Assembly (NCBI GenBank): GCA_965644315.1
Contig: CBFFRQ010000020.1
Coordinates: 256,534-320,533 of the forward strand
Direction: 5' to 3'
DNA from: Caecitellus pseudoparvulus
Taxonomy: Eukaryota; Protista; Bigyra: Bicosoecida
DNA length: 64,000 nucleotides
Shown here: one piece after another, positions 38,867 to 50,253 of the stretch
Layout of the letters: every line of letters begins with the position of its first letter
How positions within the stretch are numbered: position 1 is the first letter of the stretch
Translations under genes and position numbers: made by a program
Notes under the pieces: generated by a model
What the model was told of the DNA's origin: nothing
Databases searched by the model: none
The model's input: the letters and a program-made list of their open reading frames with translations, nothing else

Positions 38867-40094
38867 ATGGCCAGCGTCATGCGCAGCATCGAGAGGTTGG
38901 TGGCGGGGCACTCTGCCAACCCCGCGGCACTGCGCAGCCCTGCCCACACCACCGCTGATGGCAAGGTGGTGGCGTACTCCACCGCCAACTCCCAGAAGGA
39001 GAGCCCCCTGGCCAAGTTCTGTGCGTGCCGCCCAGCGAAGATGCAGTGCACCTGCTCTCAGACCCGGCAGTGCCCGGCAACCCGCCCGCGCCCCCGGCCG
39101 CACCGCCGCCCCTGCCTCCCTGCCCAGTCATTTCGGGTGGTGTCACCATTTTCTTCGAAACCTTCGCCTTTGGCCGTGCGTGCTCCCGCCGCCTGCAGGC
39201 AGCCACCGGCTGGCCTTCACACACACACCCCCCCCCTCTCAGACTTCCTGGAGATCCTGAAGATCGCCAAGGTGAGGTGCAGGAGCCAGGGCAGACGCCA
39301 CCCCCCCCCTGCACACCCCCCTCCTCCCCCCTCCCCAGCAAACCTCCTCCGACTCGTACCCCACCATCATCAAGCGCTTCACAGGCAGCAAGGGCCTGGC
39401 CGGCACGCTGGACGGCTTCTTCCCCTGGGGCTTCACGCAGTGCCTGGTGAAGGGCTCCGTGTTCGGGCTGGGGCAGGCCACCGCCAAGTCCATGCTGACG
39501 CCGCCGCCCTTCGGCATGTCGGACTCCGCCGCCATGGTGCTGAGCGGCGGCGTGGGGGGCTGGGTGCAGGGCATCATCATGTCGCCCCTGCTCCTGCTCA
39601 AGACCCGTGTCATGACCGATGCCTCCTTCCGCGCGACGGGCGGCGTGTGGGAGACCGCCCTGGCGTCTGCCCGAGTGGGGGGGCAGGTGGTGGCCAAGGA
39701 GGGCGTGGGCGCCCTCATGAAGGGCTCCCCCACCTTCGCCATGAAGCGCTTCTTCGACTGGACCACGCGCTTCTTCTTCGTGGTGCAGCTGGAGGAGGCA
39801 CTGCGGCCGGAGCCGGGCGCCGCCCTGAGCCACACCACCCGCATGCTGTGTGGGCTGGGCGGCGGCACGCTGTCTGCGCTGGCCACCATCCCCGTGGACG
39901 TGGCGGTGGCCACCATCCAGGACGCCAGCAAGGCGGGGCAGAAGGTGAACCTGGTCAAGACGTTCATGGAGCAGGAGAACCTGCTTGCATTCGCGACGCG
40001 GGGGCTGGTGGCGCGGGTGGCGCACGTGGCCATGACCACCATGCTCATGAAGACGGGCAGCACGCTGGTGTACGACAAGCTGTTCAGGGAGTGA
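38867..40094 (+). CDS. Mitochondrial carrier family protein, Yhm2-like
   Basis: Three short GT-AG introns (~39020-39127, ~39176-39242, ~39272-39338). Spliced product IFFETFAFGHFLEILKIAKQ...GFFPWGFTQCLVKGSVF...SPLLLLKTRV...IPVDVAVATIQ has three degenerate PX[DE]XX[KR] repeats. Confidence 0.8.
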
Positions 40095-40137
40095 GCGCCA
40101 GGCGCGCCCCCGCCCACTGCAATGCACGCGGGCCAGT

Positions 40138-41165
40138 TCACTCCGGCGCCACGTACACCTTGGGCTGCGAGAAGATGGCCACTGCCTCGCTCACATCCGC
40201 CAGCTGTGCCTCCAGCTCCTCCGCTCGCCGCCGGGCCGCACGTGTCTCCAGCACCAGCGGCAGCCGCCCCAACTGCGCCTTCACGTCCGCCTCCGCCGCC
40301 TGCATGCGCTGCAGCATGGCCACGCGCTCCTCGTCAGGCATGGCCACCAGGCCAGGGGGGCAGGCAGGGTCGCCTGCCGCCGCTGCTGCTGCCTCTGCCT
40401 GCACCTGCCACTCTGCCTGCCGGCTGCGCAGGTATGACGGCACCTTGCCGTACCCTGGCCGCTCCACTGCTCTCTTGGGTGCGGCGCGTGCTGGCGGCTT
40501 CAGCTTGCTGGCCTGGCTGGCGTTGGCCTTGATGAAATCCACTGACGCCACGCTGCCACTGCGCGAGCCGCCTTCTGCCACGGCTGCTGCCAGCTCCTCC
40601 CGTGTCGGCACGGCTGCTTTGCGGCTGCTTCTGCTGCGCCGGCTGTGCTGCACTGCACTTGGGCCGTCCGACGCCTTGCTCACGGCGGGTGCCTTGGACG
40701 TCGCCAGCGTCACGCCTTCTCCCCGGCGCAGGAACTTGCTCTGGGGACTGCCCCGCGCCGCGCCGCCACTGGGCGCTGCGCTGCCTGGACCACCCGTCGC
40801 GGGTCTCGTCGTGGCAACTTTGGCTGTTGCCCCGGCGAAGCGCTGCATCTTGAACGGCTCAGGGGCAGGCTCGCCTGCCGCTTGCTGCGCCGCCTTGCGC
40901 TGCCTGGCAGCAGCACGCATGGCAGCGACGTTGGCAGCCATGTGGTTCTTGGGCTGGCCGCCTTGGCCTGTGCAGCGGGGGGGGGTGGGTGGGTGCATGC
41001 TGGTAACGCCAGAAACGCCTCCAGGCCCTCCAGGCCACGGGCACGCTGCACGACTCGCTGCCCTGACGCACGGCGGACGGAATCCCGAAAGCCCCGGTTC
41101 TCTTGGTTCAGCGCGTCTGCCATGGCAGAGCCTGCCATGAGGCGCTGCCTGTTGACATACGCCAT
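40138..41165 (-). CDS. ENKD1: Enkurin domain-containing protein
   Basis: C-terminal YGKVPSYL...DPACPPGLVAMPDEERVAML...ELEAQLADVSEAVAIFSQPKVYV. First exon MAYVNRQRLMAGS with an intron at ~41070-40969. Confidence 0.85.
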
Positions 41166-41753
41166 GTGGAAGCGAGGCTTTGCAACTGGCTTGCTGCGAA
41201 CGCCTGCACTGGCCTGACAAGTGCCGGCACCGCAGGCACGAACAGAGGGATATTAGAAGGGGGGGATTTGGGCGACAGGAAGGGCCTCGACTTGCTCACT
41301 TGCCGTCAGTCTTCCTGTGGGCGGGTGGATATTGGCCATTGGCACAGCACCTTCAGACTGAAACGCACCCTGTGCGCTGCTGCGGCCCTAGCACCGCCTC
41401 TTGCACAACACTGCGCCAAGAACAGCACGCCTTCCGTGGGATGGTGCGAGCAAGACGCCTGTATCTCTCCATTTCGAAAGTCTGAGCTGCCAGGTGCACG
41501 ACTGCGTGCTTGCAGTCAAGCGATAATACAGTGAATTCAAGCGTTTGCCAACTTGCCTGGTCGTTTTTAGCGATTGCGCCGGATCAACGCGTACATTGTC
41601 CCCAAAAACCACACCCCCCTCTCAGTCACACCACATTGCAACTACCCATGTCATGTGCCTGTGCGCTTCCCCGTCCAGCTGCCCTTTGCACGGCGTGACT
41701 GCGCCGCGCCGCACCAGACGCCCTCCGCACCCACCACGCCGGCCGGCTCAGCC

Positions 41754-42465
41754 ATGTCCAGCAGCGACGAGGACTTGTCCAGCGCTTCGGGCTCGGAAGC
41801 CTCTGGCTCTGGATCGGAGTCTGAGGAAGCTGCCGCGTCTGGTTCGCAGCCCTCCGCCATCTTCGCCATTGGGGCGCGGCTGCTGCAAACCATGTCCACG
41901 GCGCAGGGTGTCGTGCTGGCTGCAGCAGCCTCTGCGTCTGCAGGTGAGGCATGGCGCCGCACAAGCCACACACGGCACGCTGCACTCCCCCCTCCTTGAA
42001 TCCTCTTTGCCCCATGCAGCCCATGCAGCGGCGGCAGCTGCCGCGACAAGTCAACGTGCTAGGTGCGAAACGCCTGCCCGAAACGCCGCTGGTCCCTGAG
42101 CGGCACCCTCGCGCACTTGCCGGCACGCCTTGCGCAGCGAACAAGGGCCAGGGCCGAGCCACTCTCCAGCCAGGCACAACGGTCGAGAAAAAACGACAGG
42201 GCGGCAAGGCAAGTCCCGGCGGCGCCGTCACCGCCGGGACCGTCTGCCAGCCGTTGCAGCGGTGGACACCGCCACGCAGCCCGTGCCTGCCGAAGCCCTC
42301 ATGCGGCGCAGCCTGGGGCTGCCAGGCGGCGAGGGCAAGTCCGATGAAGGACTGCTGCTGACGCCTCGCACCCGTGACGACCTCATCACGGCCGCCATTG
42401 CCAAGTTGGTGGGGGGCGGGGCAGGTGCAGGCGGCGAGCGCCGGCACCGCCGACACCGCCGCTGA
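41754..42465 (+). CDS. Hypothetical small protein with acidic Ser-rich N-terminus
   Basis: ATG in GCCATG context (MSSSDEDLSS...), donor GTGAGG at ~41944, and a plausible last exon ending ...LITAAIAKLVGGGAG...RRHRR at 42465. Internal structure is unresolved. Confidence 0.35.
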
Positions 42466-42496
42466 CGCCGACCAGGTCAGCATGCATTGCGCCGCC

Positions 42497-43585
42497 TCAG
42501 TACATGAAGACGGGGTCCGCCACGGTCATGGTGCGCGTCTCTGCGGCGATGGCGTCCCGGACAGCCTTGGGCAGGCCAATGACGCCCTTGAGGGCAACCG
42601 CATCCATGAAGCGGAGTGGCGTGGACACCGCCGCAGCGATGGCGGCATCCACCTCGTCCAGGGGCTGCGTCATGAGGTGCTGCAGGGGCGTGAGGCCCGC
42701 CGCGGCGGCCGCCTGTGCGACGTCGGCCTCCTCCGTGAAGGCCATGTTGAAGGCCCAGTTGGAGCCGAAGGAGGGGATGTCGGCTGAGTACGGCACGACG
42801 TGGGGGAACACGCTGGCCAGGGTGTGGTTGATGACGCTGCAGCACTCGGTGATGTTCATGACGGAGCCGGGGCCCGACTGCGTCACGAGGATGCCGCCCG
42901 GGTTCAGCCGGCTGATGGCGAACTTGTAGAACTCCTGTGTGTACAGGACGTACCCGGGCCCCGCCTCGATGGGGTCGGCGATGTCCATGATGATGACGTC
43001 ATACTTGTCCTCGTGCGTCTCCAACCACGCCTTGGCGTCGTCATACTCCACCTGCAGGCGGGGGTCCTCAATGCACCCGCCGTGCCACTCCGGCAGCTGC
43101 TCCTTGCAGATGTCCACCACGACGCCGTCGATGTCCACCATGACGCACTTCTCCACGCCGGTGTGCCGAAGCACTTCCCGCGCAGTGGCCAGCTCCCCGC
43201 CGCCGCCGATGAACACGGACTTCGCCTTGCCGTGCGCCAGCATGGCGGGGTGCACCAGGCTCTCGTGGTACACGAATTCGTCTGCCTGCGCGCTCTGCGT
43301 CTTGCCGTCCAGCACCAGTGTCTTGCCGAACGGCGCCGTGTGCACGATTTGCGCGCGCTGGAACTCGGACTTCTTGTCGAAGGTGATGGTGTTCAGGCGC
43401 ATCTTGATGGCCAGGTCGGGGGACACCTCCTCCGTGAACCTGGGGGGGGGGAGTGGCGCCCACAGTGTGCGGCGTGCCTGTGCAGGCCTGTCCAGAACTG
43501 TGCTGGCGCCTCACCAGAAGCCGCTGGTCATGATCTCCGCATCCTTCGCGGCAGTGGACACAGTGGTGGTCGTGGTGGCAGCCAT
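42497..43585 (-). CDS. Aminopropyltransferase, thermospermine synthase (ACL5)-like
   Basis: Exons 43585-43515 and 43439-42497. Motifs LVLDGKTQSAQADEFVYHESLVHP, FIGGGGELATAREVL, DID and DVIIMDIADPIEAGPGYVLYTQEFY. GGGE and DPIEAGP are typical of the ACL5/bacterial clade. Confidence 0.88.
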
Positions 43586-43860
43586 GGTGGCAAGTTGGGG
43601 CGCCTGTGCAGCGCGCAGGGGCGAGGGGGGGCGTTCCGCAGCTGCGAATCGACAACGCGGTGCGGCGCCCCTCAATTTCCGCAAACCCAGAACTCACGAC
43701 GAGGGGCGGTCAGGGGCAGCAGCGCAGAGGGGCGCACAGAGTACTTTACACAGTGCGAGCTGGGGGCATTTGAAAAGTGCACCGCGGGCGAGAGTGGCGA
43801 CGCTGACCCCACCCTGCCGCCCACACAAGCCGCACACGGCACCTCACCGCTTGCTGCAGC

Positions 43861-45434
43861 ATGGCTGTTGCTGGCGCCACCCAGACAGGCGCGGCCGCGG
43901 AGCAGTCGCTGAGACTCCGGCACAGCCTGCAGCGGTCCCTGGAGGTCTTCTCCTCCAACCAGCTCGCGCCAGTGTCGCAGTTTGCGCCTGGGTACGGTGC
44001 CGCTGAGCTGGGCAAATGCCGCACCTGCCGCACCACCGCTGCCCCCCTCCCTGCCTGCACAGAGTGCAGACACGGGTGCTGACCAAACTGCACAGCGAGT
44101 ACAATCACATTGTCAGCCCAGCCACGCCACCAGGCGCGCTGGCGGCCTCCGTCACAGTGGGCGGGCAGTTGCCAACCGCTGGCCTGCTGACGGATGGACG
44201 GCCCGCTGGCGCCGGCGCCGGGGGGCCAGCCCCTGACAGTGGCAGCAGCGCCAGCGACGGCTCCACCAGCAGCGCGGGCGTGGTGGCAGGTGTGGCGGCG
44301 GGCGTGGCGGCGGCTTCCCGCCCCTCTGGCGTGGCGGCAGACTCCCTCGTCGCGTACAACCGCATGGCGTCGCTGGGGGAGGCGGCGGCGGCGTCCTCCA
44401 CCGCCCTGGCCCGGCGCCGGGCCCACCGCAACGTGCCGCAGCCAGCGTGGCACGCGCCCTGGCGCCTCATGCGGGTGATTGCAGGGCACACGGGCGCCGT
44501 GCGGTGTGTGGCGGTGGAGCCGGGCAACAAGTGGTTCGTGACGGGGGGTGCCGACCGCACCGTGCGCCTGTGGGACTTGGCCTCTGGCACGCTGAAGCTG
44601 ACGCTGACGGGGCACATCTCCACAGTGCGGGGCGTGGTGGTGTCGGCGCGGCACCCGTACCTGTTCAGTGTGGGGGAGGACAAGACCGTGCGGTGCTGGG
44701 ACCTGGAGGCCAACAAGGTCATCCGCAAGTACCACGGGCACCTGTCGGGGGTGTACTGCTGCGCACTGCACCCGACGCTGGACGTGTTGATGACGGGGGG
44801 GCGCGACGCCACCTGCCGTGTCTGGGACATCCGCACCAAGGCTCAAGTGCACAGCATGGGGGGGCACCGGGACACCGTCGCCACGGTGGCGTGCCAGGCC
44901 GCAGAGCCACAGGTGGTCACGGGCAGCCACGACCACACGGTGAAGCTGTGGGACCTGGCTGCCGGCAAGGCCCTCACCACCCTCACGCACCACAAGAAGA
45001 GCGTGCGGGCACTGGCCCTGCACCCGACACAGTACACCATGGTGACGGCGTCCCCCGACAACATCAAAAAGTGGCGCTTCCCAGACGCAAACTTCATGCA
45101 CAACCTGTCAGGGCACTCCGCCATCATCAACTCCCTGGCCCTGAACCCGGATGGCGTGCTGGTGTCGGCGGGGGACGACGGCACCATGCGCCTGTGGGAC
45201 TACGACACCGGGTACGCCTTCCAGCGCTGGGAGACGCAGGTGCAGCCGGGCTCCCTGGACTCGGAGGCTGGCGTGTATGCCTGCACGTTCGACCAGACGG
45301 GCGCGCGCCTCATCACGGCAGAGGCGGACAAGACCATCAAGGTGTACCGGGAAGACCCCACGGCGTCACCCGAGTCAGACCCCATCGACATGGCAACGTG
45401 GACAAAAGAGTTCCGGGCACTGCAGAGATTCTGA
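43861..45434 (+). CDS. PLRG1: Pleiotropic regulator 1 / Prp46 WD40 splicing factor
   Basis: [37 protein letters not shown], 7 WD40 repeats and [12 protein letters not shown]...[12 protein letters not shown]. One intron at ~43992-44062. Confidence 0.96.
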
Positions 45435-45515
45435 TTCCGTGTCACCAATGCACCCCACCCCTTTTATATGCTGCCAGCCCCGCAACGGCTGCCTGCTGGC
45501 GCCCGGTTGGACGAC

Positions 45516-46823
45516 ATGCGGTTTTTGCGCCGGTGGTCCAGTTTTGCAACCCTCACAACCACCTGCGCTGCTCTCCTCCTACTCAGCGCCCAAGGCAGTG
45601 CAAAGCCCACAGAGTCAGACAAACTGATACATGGGAGTCAGTGCTCCCGCCCGTTGCTGCAGCCCAGCCCTCCTGCGTGCCGCGGGACGCCTGTGCAGTG
45701 GCAGGTGCAGCCAACGCAGGAGGCGCAAGGCCTGCTGCAGCTGACGACGGTCGGGCCCTGCGCGTGGGGCGTGCAGCAGGTCGGACAGGGCGCCTTTCAA
45801 TTCTTCCTGCCCCTGCCCTGGCATGCTGCGTGGAGTGAGCACTCTCAAGCCCTGCAGGCCACCCTGGCATGGCACCGGCGCTCGCGTGGCGCTGACGTGC
45901 CCGTGTCGCTTGCTCTGCACGGCTGCAGCCTGGCGCCCCTGGCGCTGCAGGCACACCTGCTGGGGGCAGTGCACATCCTTGTGGCGTGCGCCAGCGACTG
46001 CCAGCGACGGGAGATGGCCGGCATGTTCGCTCTGTTCGCGGCGTCGTTCGCCAGCCCCACACCCGGCACGCCAGGTGCTGCCCCCGGCCCCCTCCCCCGC
46101 ACCCGGGACATCCTTGTGCTGCAGTACCAGGAGGGGGTGGATGTGGTGGACACCCTCTCCCAGGGGCACGAGCGTGGCGTGTTGCTGCTGGGCCTGCCCC
46201 CCTCGCAGGCTGCCCGCGTGAGGGGCGGGTCCCCCCCACCCTGTGCATCCCTGCTGGCCCTGCCCAGTGACGGCGGCGCCCAGGCCATGCTGTGCATTCG
46301 CGACGTGCCCCAACTGCACACGCCCGCTCACGTCTCCCACATCGTCGCCAGGGGGCGGGAGGTGGTGGTGAAGGTGGTGCCGCAGCAGTACGCGGACATG
46401 GGCGCCTGGGCCCGGGAGGTGTGGTGGCTCCAGCGCACAGCTGCCGAGCCGTGGACACCGCCCCTGCTCTCGGCTGACGCAAGCGACCGCAGCATCGTCA
46501 TGGCATGGGCGGGGCACCCCCTCAACGCCAGCAACCTCCCCGCTGACTGGCATGCGCAGGGCGCGCGCCTGGACGCAGCCCTGGCGGCTGCGGGCTGCAC
46601 GCACAATGACTGGCACGTCGGCAACCTCGTCGTGGGCGACGGTGGCGCCCTGACAGTGCTGGACTTTTCCTGGGCAGCCCACGGCAACGACAGCACCTGT
46701 GGCGGCCTGTGCCCCCCCGCTGCCGCCAAGCCGTACGCCGCAACACCCGCCACCTCCTTCCTCCAGGCGCTGCAGGACTGGGTATCCAACACACGCCCTC
46801 CCCACGGGGCCCACGGCGCATGA
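45516..46823 (+). CDS. Signal-peptide-bearing protein with C-terminal kinase-like (APH/RIO/Kdo-type fold) domain
   Basis: Hydrophobic N-terminus MRFLRRWSSFATLTTTCAALLLLSAQGSA. Kinase-like motifs VVVK, REV, HNDWHVGN and LDFSWA. Confidence 0.6.
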   Translation: MRFLRRWSSFATLTTTCAALLLLSAQGSAKPTESDKLIHGSQCSRPLLQPSPPACRGTPVQWQVQPTQEAQGLLQLTTVGPCAWGVQQVGQGAFQFFLPLPWHAAWSEHSQALQATLAWHRRSRGADVPVSLALHGCSLAPLALQAHLLGAVHILVACASDCQRREMAGMFALFAASFASPTPGTPGAAPGPLPRTRDILVLQYQEGVDVVDTLSQGHERGVLLLGLPPSQAARVRGGSPPPCASLLALPSDGGAQAMLCIRDVPQLHTPAHVSHIVARGREVVVKVVPQQYADMGAWAREVWWLQRTAAEPWTPPLLSADASDRSIVMAWAGHPLNASNLPADWHAQGARLDAALAAAGCTHNDWHVGNLVVGDGGALTVLDFSWAAHGNDSTCGGLCPPAAAKPYAATPATSFLQALQDWVSNTRPPHGAHGA

Positions 46824-46826
46824 GCT

Positions 46827-49800
46827 TCACTCCCCCTTGTGCTCGCCCTCACGCTCCTCCTGCACCTGCGCAGCGTGCACGGTGGCCGGCGCGCCTGCCC
46901 GTGGTGCGGTGCAGTCGCACTTGGACCGCCACAGCACCTGCCGCCGCCCCGCCAAGGAGTACACCTCCTCCGCGGGGATGGCGATGTCGCCGAAGGACAG
47001 GTCCACCACGAAGCTCTGCATGCTGGGCAGCAGGGTGACTTCGCACCAGGTGTGGTCATCCCCCTCCCGCATCCAGCCGGCACCTTCCCCGCCGCCCCCA
47101 TGCACTGTGCCCCCCCGGAACTTGACCTCCAGCCCCAGCAGGGCGCCGAACGGCAGCAGCATGGCGCAGCAGACAGAGGCCTGTGTGTGGCAGTGCCCCT
47201 GCCCATAGTGCACGAGGCGCCCCACCTCCGGCCGGCTGCTGCGACCCACCTCCGCGCCCTGGTTCGGGATGTGCCGGCAGTCGATGACGCCGGTGATGGC
47301 AGTCACTGCCTCCAACTGTGCCTGCAGTGCACCTGCATCGCCTGGGCTGGCATCTGCCAGGTGTGGGCAGATGGTGTCCGCCAGGTGAGCCACGGCCAGC
47401 GCCGCCTCCATCACCTTGCCCCGCGTCAGCAGGTCGGAGTACTTCGCCTCCACGCCGTCCTCGAACAGCACTGCGCCCCGCACGGTCCTACGGAAGCGCG
47501 TCGGCTCGTTCAGCTCAAAGACAGCGGAGCTGGGCACGCTGCGCAGGTCAGTGCCCCCCCCCGGCGTGTCCACTGCCACCAGCATGCGGTGGGGGCTGGC
47601 GGGGTCGGGGCCCTGCACCCGTGCGCGGTGTGTCACCGTCACTTTGCCCTGTCCAGGCGGCATGCCTGCCAGGAAGCGGTCCCCACCCGCCTCCAGCCGC
47701 GCAAACACCTCCGTGCGCACCAGCACGCGCCGCCCACGAGGGTACCGCGGCAGGGCCTCCAGAGCCCCAGACGGCGGCCCCTGCACACTGCACGGCCAAA
47801 CCCCCCAATCCACCAGGTCCTGAGTACTCACCTCTCCAGGGGACAGCGACGGCAGTGCCCCCAGCAGCCGCACAGCTGCCGGGCGCAGGGGCGTGCTGGT
47901 GAGCAGGTGCTGGTATAGCTCCTTCACCTGCCCCCCCTCCACCAGGCCCCGGAAGGCACCCACTGCCCAGCGGGTCAGCGCCTGTCCACTGCTGCAGTCA
48001 GCAGGCGGCGCCAGGGCCTCTGCAGACAGCGCAGGGCTGCTGGCCTGTGCCGTGGTGGTGGGTGCCGGGGGCACTGCCCTGCCTAGCCCCATGGCCCGCT
48101 CAGCCCCCGCGCCAAACACCAAGTCGGCCAAGTCCTCGTCGTCCGTGGCTGACAGCAGTCCGCACAGGGCGGGCGGCGCGGTCGGCAGGGCCACACCAGC
48201 CCCGCTCGCTGACGCACCGCCCGGTGCGGCAGTCGCCCCTGGCGCCCCCTGCAGCAGTGCCTGGAGGATAGCCTCCTCCTCCCGCACAGGCTCGCCCGCG
48301 TCGGTGACAGGCTGGGCCTGGGCGGTGCCCGCCACGTCACTCTTGGGCGGGCGGGTGGCAGGGCCAGCGTCCCCCGCCACCTTCAGCAGCCCCACCACCA
48401 CCTGCTGCAAGACGCTGTCGTCGTACGCCAGCCCCGCGCGAAAGGGGCCTGCTCTGAGCTTGGTGAGGGTGCCCTTGGGCAGGGCGCGGACAATCTTATT
48501 CCCGACCGCCATGGGATGGTTCTGGTCGCTGGTCATCCACATCACTGCCACCGGCACCGACACCTTGTTCAGCGCCACCACCGAGTCTGTCCAGTTGGCA
48601 TGGTACACGCACGCCGCCCTGACCAGGCGGGCCTTGGCGGGGCGGGAGGCCAGTCCGAGGGCCAGGCTGCCGCCGAAATCAAAGCCAAACACCACCGCGC
48701 GTTTCTTGGGCGTCACGCCAAACGCCGCCAGCACACTCTCCACGCAGACCAGCGGGCCACCCTCACCCCACATCTTCTCCGTCCTGCCGCTGCACCTGGG
48801 CACGGCGCGCGAACCGGAAAAACCAGGCAGGTCAATGCCCACGACATGGAAGCCCCGCTCAGCCAGGGCCCGCGCCTCTGTGGCCAGGTTGCTGGCGCCG
48901 CAGCCGGAGCCATATCCGTGCAGCAACACTGCCACCCGCTGCCCCCACGCGCCGTTGTGGTGCACGCACAGCTCCCCTGCTGGCGTCGGCACGTACTGCA
49001 CCTCAAACTGCTGCCAGCACTCCGCGTCCGCCTCGGCCCCCATGGTGAAGGCGGCGCCAGAGGCGGGTTTCCCCGCACGTCGCCCGCGCAGGTCCAGCGT
49101 CGCCGTTTGCACGCGGTCAGCATCCCGCAGCTTGCCTGCAGCGCCCCCCCCCGACCGTGAGACATTGTTCACTGTCTTGTTCACGACCCGCTTGGCCACG
49201 GACCCGAAGCGCAGCGTGCGGGTGGTGAAGCCGGCGTGTTCGCTGGACAGGCTTGCCGTGCACAGCAGCACTGTGCGGGCGTTGCCGCCGAGGGAGTTGG
49301 ACAGGAGCTTGGTCAGGGTGGAGTTCCGGTAGGGGACGAAGGGTGCCTTGTCGGCCAGCGCGTCAATGACTGCTTTGAGGTTGAACAGGCTCAGGTTGAT
49401 GGCCTTGCTCTCGCTGTGGTGCGTGTCGCCGCCGCCCGCCATCAGCACTTCCGCGCCAGCCAAGTCCACGATGTTCAACTCCGAAATGCGCGCCTCGCCG
49501 GTGTCGTTCAGGGCTGTGGCAAGGGTCATGCGGAAGATCGTGTGGGACCGGCTGCTCTTGCCGTGCACGTAGCTCTCCCCCATGCGCTTGTTCGCGCTGC
49601 CGGCAGCCAGCGTCCGCAGCACGGCATGCCGGCTGCTGCAGCTGACCTGGGTCAGCCCAGCAACCCTGAACGCGCCGTCAACTTCCCGAACTGGCAGCGC
49701 CGGCTGAGGTGCGGCGGTGGACGCCTCGGGGCACAGTAGGTCTGTCACGCCCTCATTGTACACCTCCACGAAGGATGCCGACAGCAGCATGCGGGCGCGG

Positions 49801-50253
49801 CCAGCAGCCTGGGCGGCAGCGAAGAAGGCAAACGCCTCATCCAACACGTGCTTCATGACCCCCCCCGCCTGTTCCCCGTCTTCCCCCCTGTGCCCGAACA
49901 TGGTGAAGGTCTTGCCGGACCTGGGCGGCGCGGGAGGTGGACGTGGAGCCAGGCAGCGCAGGGGAGGTTGCTTGTGCGCCGGCCGGCCCGCAGCCTCACC
50001 CAGTCTGCCCAAAGGCGAACACGGTTCCATTGAATCCCGCAAGCCACGACCGGACACAGTGCCTCACCGAGCCCGCGTACACATCGGCGTTCGTCGCGTC
50101 AGGACCGTACACCTGACTGTAAGTCCGGTGTTTGGAGTCTGGGCCCCCACTCACGCCACATGCCGTTGTCTGCCATGGGGGGGAACAGGGCGCCTCGCCA
50201 GAAAACAGTGGTCTGAACCGCACTGCCACTTGGACGGCATCTGCTTGGGGCAT
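46827..50253 (-). CDS. Kinesin motor fused to an alpha/beta-hydrolase and a transglutaminase-like domain (~1115 aa)
   Basis: Exons 50253-50000 and 49920-46827; splicing rebuilds the P-loop GQTGSGKT. Kinesin motifs VAVRFRP, EVYNE, SSRSH, DLAGAE, INLSL and VPYRNSTLTKLL. Then LLHGY...DLPGFSGS...GFDFGG, then GQGHCHT...HTWCEV...VVD. Confidence 0.9.

Noticed and set aside
38099-41140. 1013-aa plus-strand ORF
   Set aside because: Runs mostly out of frame through the carrier gene and its introns, and antisense to ENKD1.
46827-50057. Listed start of the 1076-aa ORF
   Set aside because: Its first ~45 aa are out-of-frame exon and intron sequence; the real start is 50253, and splicing rebuilds the P-loop.
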